A stretch of 64,000 bases of DNA from Scenedesmus sp. PABB004 (Eukaryota): assembly GCA_014905635.1 (NCBI GenBank), contig JABVCE010000007.1:868001-932000 (forward strand), read 5' to 3'. This document shows, one piece after another, positions 21,416 to 30,950 of this stretch (positions are counted from its first letter, which is position 1; every line of letters begins with the position of its first letter). Made by a program: the position numbers and the translations under genes. The notes below the pieces were generated by a model. It worked only from the letters and a program-made list of their open reading frames with translations. It did no database searches and was not told where the DNA came from.

Positions 21416-24400
21416 TCACTGGGCGCACGAGCCGGCCGCAGTGCCCCGGCAGCAGGGCGCCGGGCAGCAGCGCCGCGCTACGCGTCGCGCGCCGCCGCGC
21501 CCGGCCAACCGCGCGCCACGCATGGTTGGGCCTCTCAGCCGCCCCACAGGCCGGGAAGCCACGAGCGTGAGGAGAAACTCGGCGGCGTTGTCGTCCCCGA
21601 GCGCAAACCTGGGCGGCCGGCGTGGCGGCCGGCGTGGGCGCGCGGGGCCGCGCCGCGCCGCACATCGCCGCGCGTCGCCGGCGTGCCGCGCGCCGCCGGC
21701 GCCCTGCGCCGTGCCGCACTTGGCCATGCCGCCCTGCAGGGCGTAGCACATCGTTGTTGCGACGTCGCGCAGGCCCTCCGCGGCGGCCTGGTTGTGGCCG
21801 TAGAGCTGCAGCAGCTCCATGAGCGTCTGCAGCCCGCCGCTGCACCCGGACAGCGTCGCCGCGTGCACCGCGATCTTGACGGCCAGGCGCAGCGCCGGCA
21901 GGCGGGGCATGCTCACGGCGATCGCGCGCACCTGGGCGTGGGCGACACGGCACGGCGCGCAGGGGCACGCGTGCGCGCGCGCGCACGGCGGCGGCGGGAG
22001 CGGCGGCAGGAGGGGCGGGCGCGATGGGAGGGGCGGGGCGGGGCCGGCGCCGCCGGGCGCCAGCGGGAGCCAGCGGCGGCGCCGCGGCCACGCAGCCGCA
22101 GGGCCCCGCCGTGGCCGTGGCAGCGCGCACCTGGACCTTGCCCGAAAGCCAGTGGCCGGCCGTGTGGACGACCTGCCTGTCGCTGGCCGCGAGCACCGTG
22201 CAGAGCACGTCCACCGCCTGGCGCGCGGGCGGGCGGCGGCGAGGCGCGGGGCCGCGCGTCGGCGCCGGCCGGGGCTGCGCGCTGCCGGCGCCGCGCGCGC
22301 GGCGCGTGGCCGGGCGCCGGCGCTCGCCTGCAGCGCGGGCTCGCAGACCGCGGCGTCATTCCAGATGCGCTGCGAGAGCAGGTCGAGCAGGTGCAGCAGC
22401 GCAAACACGCCGCGCGGGTCGCGCGCGACCACGAGCGCGAGCGGGAACACGGCCTGCGGCCGCGGCGGATGCGGCGGCAGGCTCGCGCGGGCGCAAACGC
22501 GGCGCGGTCGCCCGGCGCACTGCATCGCCGCGCGGCGCCGCGCGCGCGCACCTGGCCCAGCTCCACGAGCTCCGCGTTGCTCGCGAGCGCGCAGGCGCAC
22601 TGCACCACATACACGCCTTTCTCGTGCAGGCAGTACTCCAGCACGCGCCCCCGCAGCGCCTCCAGCAGCGCCGCTGCGCGTTCGCAGCGGCGGCACCCGC
22701 GCCGGTCAAGAGCGCGCTAGTCAAGCGCCCCGCGCGGCGGAGGTGCCGGGCGCGGCGGCGACGGCAGGCGCGCGCTGCGGGCGGGCGGCGGCGCCGGGCG
22801 CGCACCAAACGGGTCCCGCCCGCCGTGGGCGTATTTGAAGGCCTCGACCTCCGGGTGCGGGTGGTCGGCGGGGAACGCGGTGCGCAGCTTGGCCATGGAC
22901 TCCAGCGTGCGCTGCGCGGCGCGGCCAGGGCGGGTGGGCGGAATGCGGGCGGCGCGCGCGGGCGGGCGGCCCGGCTGGTGGGGGCGCCGCGCGCCGGAGC
23001 GGAGCGGGGGCGCGGCGCGGCGCGGCGCGCCTGCACGCCCAGGTTGCCGAGCTTTGACAGCGACGCGTTGCGCAGCGTGTCGGCGTCGGCGAGCAGGGTG
23101 GCGATGTGCAGCACGCGCTTGAGCCCGTGCAGCGCGACCGCCTCGCGCACGCACGCCTCGCTGCCTGCGCGCCGGCGGCGGCGGCGCTCAGCCCGCGACA
23201 CGGCGGCGCGGCGCTCAGCCCCCGGCGCGGCGCCCCCTCCCGGCGCGCGCCGCCCGGCCGCGCGAGGCGCGGCTGCTGCGGCGCGGCGCCCGGGCGTGCG
23301 CACCGTACGAGCGGCAGCCGTCGAGCGAGACGCCCATGTCCCGCAGGACACGGCGCAGCGCAAAGCCGCCCTGGTCACACAGGTACCCCACCAGCTCCTC
23401 GCGGCTCACCAGCCCCAGGTCCTGCGGCACGGGTGCGACGCGCGGCGCACGGCGACGCGCTTCTCGGCGCGAGCTGTGTGGCAGCGCGGCGTGGTGCGGC
23501 GCGGCGCAGTGCCTGGGGCGGCGCCCGCGTGCCTTCCGCGTCTGGCTGATCTTGTCTGTTGCGTAAGGGTGGGGGGTGGTGCGCTTGCAGTGGCCGCAGA
23601 ACTCGCGCCACATGTAGTTTGCCACGCCGCAGCCGCCGCAGTTCCAGGTCTGGTCCTCCGCCGCCGCGCCGCTCGCGGCCGACTGCGCACGGGGGCGGCG
23701 CGGCGCAGGGGGCCGCGCGTGGGCCACGCGGGGTCGCCGCGTCGCGGGGCGGCGCACGCGCGCGGGCGCGCTCGCATGTGCGCTTGCGCGGCCGGCCGGC
23801 GCACCGCCGCGGTGCGCGCGCCGCCGCTGCCCGCTCCACTCGGGGGCGCGGCCGTCAGCGCCGCCGGCGCGGCGGCGCCCTGCTCGCGGCGCTCCTGCGC
23901 CGCGCGCGCCGCCGCCGCAATCTTGGCCGCCTGGTTCGCCTCGGCCAGGAAGCGCTGCACGCTCTCGCAGGGCCTGCGGGCCGCCACGCGGCGCAGGAGG
24001 CGGCGGCGCCAGGCGCGTCGGCGCTGCGCTGCCGGCCTGCTGCCGCGCGGCGCCGCGCCGCGCGCGCCCGCGCGCGGCTCACGGCTGGATGGCCTTGTAG
24101 CCGTCGACGTACTGCCGGCAGAAGGGGCACTTGATGCCCGAGTCCACCTGCGGGCGGCGGTTGCGACGGTTGGCCGCCGCCGCAGCTGCGGCGAGCAGCG
24201 CCCGCGTCGTCGCTGCCGCGCGCCTTGAAGATGTTCTTGGCGCGCATGGTCTCCACGCAGCCGAAGCAGACGCGGTGGCTGCAGGGAACGAAGGCGATCG
24301 AGACGGGGACGTCGTCGCGCACTCCTCCTCGCTGCCGCCCACGCGCGCCGCCGCCGCCGCTGCCGCGCTGAGGGCGATCGCGGCGCGGCCCCGGCCCCAC

Positions 24401-24426
24401 ACGCTGGCGGTGAAGGCCGACGTCAT
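21416..24426 (-). CDS. RING finger + RanBP2-type zinc finger + C-terminal helical (ARM-like) protein; frameshift in exon 1; 3' end uncertain
   Basis: FVPCSHRVCFGCV...KCPFCRQ (RING); DQTWNCGGCGVANYMWREFCGHCK (RanBP2 ZnF); Leu/Ala-rich helical exons downstream. Confidence 0.65.
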
Positions 24427-24781
24427 CGCCCCTCGCCGGCTGCCAGGCCCGCAGCGGCTGCCAGGCCAGTGTTCGATCAGCTGCTGCTGCCCTCGCAGCT
24501 GCTGCCTCTCCGCGGGCAGCGGGCGCCGCGCCGGCCCATAATGCGCGCCAAGAGCGCACTGACGCGGGCCCTGGGCGAAGCCAGAGGCCACAGAGACCGC
24601 GATGACGGCATGCAGCGTGACGTCGCCGCCGTCATCGGCCCTCGCATAAGTGCGCCCCGCCCGCCCCCCCGCCCGCCCGCCCCCAAAGTCGCCCTCCGCC
24701 GCCGACCTCGCACTCAGGCCGCACACACAGCCCGCACACAGCCCGCCGCGCCCGCCGCGCCGCGCCGCCGCCGCCGCTGCG

Positions 24782-25421
24782 ATGATGCTCGCCCGCTCGC
24801 CCCTCGCGCGCCGCGCCGGCCTGGCCCCGGCCGGCGCCCGCGCCGCACCCGCGCTGGCCCCGCGCGGCCGCGTGCTGCGCCGCTTCAAGGCGCGCCGCCG
24901 CGCCGCGCTGCGCCGCGCGGCGCCGCCGCCGCCGCCGCACGCTCACCCTCGCCCGCGCGCCCGCCGCCGCGCAGGAGGGCGGACACGCAGGGCCGGGGCG
25001 GCAAGGCGCCGAAGTACCCGGTGACCGGCGAGCCGCTCACGCCCGTCGACGACGTGCGCAAGGAGGGCTACCAGGCGACGCAGCAGATCGGCCAGACGCA
25101 GCAGATCGGGCCGCCCGCTCGGGCTGCGGCCACTCCTCGGGCTGCGGCCGCTCCTTTGGCGGTGCGCGCGCCGGCGCCAGCGACGGCGACAGCGCGCGGC
25201 GCCGGCGCACCTGCGCGCGCACGCGTATTGCCGCTCATCGCCGCGCCGCGCCGCCGCCGCCGCGCCCGCGGCCGCACGCAGAGATGCAGGCCTTTGACGG
25301 CCTCGGCCCGGAGGTCATCAATGGCGGGCTCGCGATGCTCGGCTTTGCCATCGCCGCGATGCGCCGCGCCACCGCGGCGACCACGGCCGCCGATACGAGG
25401 CGGAGCGCATCATCAGAATAA
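24782..25421 (+). pseudogene. ELIP/LHC-like (chlorophyll a/b-binding family) gene, disrupted or locally mis-assembled
   Basis: Transit peptide MMLARSP...RRFK; AFDGLGPEVINGGLAMLGF resembles ExxNGRLAMLGF but has R>G; +1 frameshift at the exon-2 start (24975-24980); early TAA at 25419; remnant EAERI of a second motif in another frame. Confidence 0.6.
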
Positions 25422-25789
25422 CGACCGCCGCGCACCGCGACGCGCGTGGGATTGAGCGCCACCGCCTCTGGCAGCAGGGGCGGCCGGGGCGGCCGGGGCG
25501 GTACGACCGCCGCCCGCCCGGCGGCGGCGACTGCGTGCATGCCTGCCTCAACCGCGTGCCTGCATGCTCGGGCACGAGCGTCGCCGCCGCCTCGGCGTGG
25601 CGCAACGGCCAGGTGCATCATGTGCTCAACAATGCATTCGCATGTAGCTTGCTTGGTGCATGGGGGGCTGTATCTCAGGGCCGGGGCCGCCGCGGCGGGC
25701 GCTGCTGGCGCTGCTGCGCACCTATTATGCGCGCCGCCGCGGTGGACAAGGTCAAGGTAGTTACCCCATAATGCTCGCCACATTGGGCC

Positions 25790-26345
25790 CGCGTCCCTTA
25801 AGGACGGTGTTCCAGCCCCTTGACCCGTGCAGCCACGCCGCGGTGGACCCCCCGGCGTGAGCGGTGCGCCGCTGCGCTCTCCGTCCTGGGCAGGACGTTA
25901 AAAGGCCTCTTGCTGTTGTGTGTTGCCAGGTTAGGTCAGGCGTGTGCACGTGTGTTTCTCGCATGGCCACCCGTTCCGGGTGGGGGGGACCCCCTCGCGG
26001 GGGCACCGACCTGCGGGCCGGTCCCAAACCGTTATGCCTCGCGCCGCTGTGGCCTGTTTCAGGCGGCCGGCGATCAGAGGATGCCCACGGTCGGTGTTGA
26101 CGGCGGCGGCGCGCGCGCGCGGCGGTGGCAGCGCCGCGCACGCGCGCCGCGCGCCCGCGGCGTCGGGGCGCCCCCCGGGGCGCCCCGGCAGCCCCCATCC
26201 CCCCAGCCGCCGGTGTTGAGACCACCGGCCGGCGCTCCCACGGCGGTTGCGAGCCGGCGGGGAGCACGCCTGGGCGGCGCAGCAGAGACCGCCCGAAACC
26301 GCGCCCTCGCTTAGCAGGGCCGCTCCCCATCGACCAGGCTTCCAC
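25790..26345. ncRNA. Candidate structured non-coding RNA or hairpin-rich non-autonomous element (unidentified)
   Basis: At least 9 adjacent or nested inverted repeats in complex intergenic sequence with no spliced-gene signature; see findings. Confidence 0.35.
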
Positions 26346-26625
26346 ATCAGTCGTCCAGGCCCGATCGCGCAACACGCACAAAGCGCCCTCGCCAGGCCAA
26401 CCGCCCCTCGCAAGACAGCTCCGCCGCCCAGGGCGCCCGATCAGCCGCCCCTGACGGCCCGGGACCCCGCAGTCGCTCCCAGCTCGCGCTCAGGCACCCC
26501 CGCGCCGCGCAGCGAGCGGGGACCGCGGCGCGCGCGGACGCAGCGGCGCGCGGGCAGCGGCGGCGGCGCGCCGGCAGGCGGCCCGCGTGCGAGCTCGGCG
26601 CGCGGCGGAGCGCCGAGGCGGCGCC

Positions 26626-27635
26626 ATGGACTTTTTCATGGGCATCAAGGGCAAGGACTTTGTGCTGGTGTGCACCGACACGAGCGCGGTGCACTCCATC
26701 ATCACCATCAAGCAGGACGAGGACAAGATCATCCCCGTCGACTCCCACAAGGCGCGCACCCGCGCCCGCGCACCGCGGCGGCCACAGAGAGCCGCCGGCG
26801 GCGCCGGGGCGGCGCGCCGCGGCGGCGCGGCGGCGCGAGCAGCGTCCGCGGCGCGGCGCGCCGCCTCACCTCATGCCGTGCGCGCGGCCGCCAGGTGTTT
26901 TGCATCGCGGGCGAGGCGGGCGACCGCGTGCAGTTCAGCGACTACATCATCGCCAACGTGAAGCTCTACAGCCTGCGCAACGCGACGAGCCTCACGACCA
27001 AGAGCGTCGCGCACTACGCGCGCGGCGAGCTCGCGACCGCGCTGCGCAAGGTGCGCGCGCCGGCCGGGGGCGCGGCCCCGGGGCCGGCCGGGCGCTCGGC
27101 AGCCGCCGCGAGGCGGCGACAGCCCCGCGGCCGCCCGCCCGCGCCGCTCCGCGCCCACGCCGCCGCCGCCGCCGCGTTTGGACGTGCGCGCGGCAGTCGC
27201 CGTACCACGCCAACCTGCTGATCGCGGGGTTTGACGAGGGGCCCGGCGCGAGCCTCTACTGGCTCGACTACCTCGCCACGCTGCACAAGGTCAACACCGG
27301 CGGCACCGGCTACGGTGAGCCCAGCAGGCGCCCGCGGCGCCCACGCGCCCGGCGCCGGCGCCGCGCCGCGGGCACTGCGCCGGGGGCGCCGCGCCGGGGC
27401 GCCGAGCCCTGCCCTGCGCCGCCCCCGCCGGCGCCGCTGCCGGCGCCGCGCAGGGTCGTACTTTGCGCTGTCGCTGTTTGACAAGATGTGGCACCCCGAC
27501 CTGAGCGAGGCCGAGGCGGTGACCATGATGGAGGCGGGCATCGCGGAGATCAAGAAGCGCCTCGTCGTCGCGCCGCCGCACTACGTGATGAAGGTCGTCG
27601 ACAAGGACGGCGTGCGCGAGGTCAAGCGCGTGTGA
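26626..27635 (+). CDS. PSMB2: 20S proteasome subunit beta type-2 (beta4/PBD); 4 exons
   Basis: MDFFMGIKGKDFVLV...IKQDEDKI...GEAGDRVQFSDYI.AN..LY..RN...SPYHANLLIAGFD...LYWLDYLATL...EIKKRLVV. Confidence 0.95.
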
Positions 27636-27998
27636 TGCTCGAGCGGCGGGCGCCCGCTAAGCCAGGGGGCGGTTGCGGCGGTTGGCGCCCGCGCGCGCGG
27701 CGGCGCCGCGCGCGGCCGCGGCGGCGGCGGCGGCGGCGGTAACGCGGCGCCGCGCGGCGCCGCCGCCGCCCGCTGCCGGTCGGCGCGCGCGATCTGCAGC
27801 GGTCGGCGGCGGTTGTGGCCGAGGGCGCAGCCGCGGTCGCCGCCGCAATGTCCAGCAGATCTGCGTCCGGCCGGCTCAGACGCCTTGGCCCCGCACGCGC
27901 TCTCGCGCCCTGCAGCAGGCCGCACGCGGGGGCTGGCCACCGTCAGCAGCGCTAGCGGTCGCTGTTGCGCGGGCGCAGCGTGCCTCACAGCAGTTGAG

Positions 27999-30357
27999 AT
28001 GCTGCTCCGGCGGCCGGGCGTCGCGGTGGGCCGCGAAGGGCGGCCTGGGCGCAGCTCGGCCCATCGGCCAGTGCCATCGCGGCCCGCCCCGCGCAGCGGC
28101 GCCGCGCTGCTGCCCGTCCGGCGCGGCCACGCGTGCGTGGTGGGACCTGGAGGCAAGGGCGCGCGGAAGATTGCGACGCAGGTGAGGCGGGGGCCCGACA
28201 TCTGGCCTTGACCCCGGCAGCAGCAGGCCGGCCTCCAACGCCCGCCCTGCCCGCCCCCCGCGCCCCGCCTGCGCCACGCCCAGGCGTCTGCGGCTTCGGA
28301 CGCCGCGCCCGCCAGCCAGGCGGAGGCGGCGCAGGACGAGCGCGCGCGCAGCGGCGCGGGCGCGTCCACGAGCGGCAGCGACGGCGAGCCCGCCGCCGCC
28401 GGCGTGCTCGCGGCGGACGCCAGCCTGCTGCGCCGCGTGCTCGGCGCCGCCACGGCGGGCGAGGCGCTGGACCTGATCGTGCAGGCGTGCGACCGCGCGG
28501 GCGCGCCGCACGCCGTGTGCGGCGCCGACGGCCTGCTGCTGCTCGAGCGCGCGCTCGAGGCCGGCAACGCGGGCCTCGCGCTCAGCGCGTATGGCCAGAT
28601 GGTGCAGGCCAAGCGCGCGCAGGGCGGCGGCGCCGGCGGCGCGGGGCCGGCGTCGCTGTGGCCGCCCGCGGGCCCGCAGCACACCGAGGCGCTCGTGATG
28701 GGCCTCTGCCGGCAGCTGCGCGTCAACGACGCCCTCGCGGCCATACGCAGCATCCGCAGCCAGGGCGTGCACGGCGCCGAGGAGGTGCGCGCGCGCGCGC
28801 GGGCGGGCGTGCTGCGCGTAGGGCCGGCGCGCGGCGGGGCGACCGGCGCCGCGGGCAGCTGACGCCGCCGCCGCCCGCCCCGCGTCCGCCGCCCGCCGCC
28901 CGCGCCTGCCGCGCGCAGGTGTCGTTCGGGCACGTGGTGAGCTCGCCGCTGCCGCCGCAGCGCCCGCTCGCGGTGGTGCAGCCGCAGGAGGGGTGCAAGG
29001 TCGTCTCGGACGCCAACTCGCGCTACGAGTTTGAGCTCTTCTCGGGCACCGTCAGCACGTGCGCGAGCGAGGCGCTGCAGACGGCGGGCAACCCGCTGCT
29101 CGCCGCGGCGCGCGCGGTGGGGCTGTGGCGCCGCCAGCCCGTCGCGGCGGTGCACACGCTCACGGTCGCGGCGCCGGACGGCACGAGCCGCACGTTCCGC
29201 GTCGGCACGGCGACCGCCGACGTGCCGGCGCAGCCCGGCGAGCGCGTGACGCTCGTGTGCGCGCCCAACCGGGGGCGCAACAAGCTGCGGCGGCTGCTGC
29301 TGTCGACCAACCCGCCGGGCACGGAGCCGGGGCAGGCGCTGCTGGTGGCCAACCACAAGACCGGCGCGGAGCTGCTGCTGCTCCGGCCGCCGCTGCCGGG
29401 GAGCCAGACGACGGTGCCGGGCTGGCTGCTGCCGGCGGCGGTGCTGCTCGCGGGCGGCGACGCCGCGTCGGGGCTGCTCGACCCCGCGCTGCCCCTGCTC
29501 ATCGGCGGCGGCCTCGCGGTCAGCGTCGGCAGCGCCGTCGCGGGCAACGCGCTGCTGCTGCCTCGCCTCAAACAGCTGCCGTCGAGCGCGGTCAAGCTCG
29601 AGGGCATCCGGCAACAGCTGCTGGCGCAGCACGCGGGCCTCGACGCCAAGGTCAAGGCCACCGTGCAGGTGAGGGGGAGGGCAGCCCGCGCGCGCGTGGG
29701 CCGTGCGGCGGCAGAGGCGTCGCCCGCCGCCGCCCCTGCGCCCGCGCGCCCCGCCCCCTGCTGCCCCGGCCGCCCGAACTCTGCCGCCGCCGCCGCCGCC
29801 GCCGCCCGCCGCGCAGGAGGCGAGCGAGGACGTGCGCACGCTCGCGCGGCTCTGTCAGCTGCAGGCCAAGATGCAGAGCGTCGGCGCCGCCGCGCCCGCG
29901 GGCGGCGGCGGCGGCGGCAGCGACGCGGGCGGCGGCGCCGGCGGCGGCGGCGCGTACGAGGCGCGCATCGGCCGCGTCGCGGCGGCGGCGGGCGGCATCG
30001 AGGCGCGGCTCGCGCGGCGCCTGGAGCTCCTGGAGGGCTACGCGCGCGTGATGAGCATGATTGAAATCGAGGTGGAGATGGACATGCAGGTGCGTGACGA
30101 GCGCGGGCGCGGCCGTGCGAGCGGGTGGCATGCGGTGGCGTGCGCCGCCCGGCCGCCGGCGCGGCGCCCGACCCGACGCGCGCGGCGCGCCCCCCGGCGG
30201 CGCGCAGGTGCCGCTGGCGGAGCTGGAGGGCCTCGGCGTCGAGATGGAGCGGCTCTCGGAGCTCGAGTCGCTGCGCGAGGAGTGGCAGCTGCAGGCCGAG
30301 GCGCAGGACGAGGTCGAGCGCCTGCTGAGGTCGTCGCCGGCGCTGCCCAGCCAGTGA
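27999..30357 (+). CDS. Conserved plastid membrane protein with a PPR-like helical part, 2 TM segments and a C-terminal coiled coil (resembles the Arabidopsis At1g64430 family, from memory)
   Basis: EEVSFGHVV...AVVQPQEG...RYEFELFSG...RTFRVGTATADVPAQPGERVT...GDAASGLLDPALP...RQQLLAQH...LARLCQLQAKM...YARVMSMIEIEVEMD. Confidence 0.7.
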
Positions 30358-30950
30358 CGGGCCGGCGGCGCGGGGCTGCTGGGCTGCTGCGTGCGATGCG
30401 AGCGCGCGCCCTGCAGCCAGGGCGGCGCCGGGCCGGCGCGCCGCGCGAGCGCGCCTCGTCGCAGTTTTGGAGCCGCGCGTGCGGCAGCGGCGCGGGAGAT
30501 GTGCGGCGCCGGCGCGGCTGTGGGCGAAGAAAGGCTGGGCGTGCACCGGCGTGCACCGGCGGCGGCGGCGGTTGCGGCGCAACCGTCGCGCGCCCGGAGA
30601 ACCGCCGCAGCGAGCGAGCGCGGTTCGGGCGCGCTCCAAGCAACACCAGGCGCCACCCCGGAACCACCCCGGCGACGACCCGGCCGCAGCAAGGGCGCTG
30701 CCCTCCCGCGTCCCTGCACGAACTGCTGCCCGCGCAACAGCCGCGCCTGCTCGGGCCCGTGCGGGCTCCCTGCACGACCGCACGAGGCCGGGTCGCAGCC
30801 ACAGCGCAGCGGGGCGTCGCGGCGGGCGCCAGGCGGCGGGCTGGCGCGGCCATCGCCCGCCTGCCGAAGCGCCAGGGCCCTGGCGAGCCATGAGGCAGCG
30901 GCAGCGCTTGCGAACTGCGCTCTTCTGATCGGCACGCAGCAGCCGGCGCC

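Noticed and set aside
25896..25910. GCCTTTTA (minus strand) resembling U5 loop 1
   Set aside because: Not the full GCCTTTTAC, not presented on a U5-like stem, and no Sm site follows.
25927..25936. CCTAACCT (minus strand) as a telomerase RNA template or U1-like 5' end
   Set aside because: It would template TTAGG, whereas repeats in this window are TTTAGGG-type; the downstream sequence does not fit U1. Kept only as part of the unidentified structured block.
26259..26328. Hammerhead ribozyme (three stems plus GAAA)
   Set aside because: The CUGANGA core is absent.
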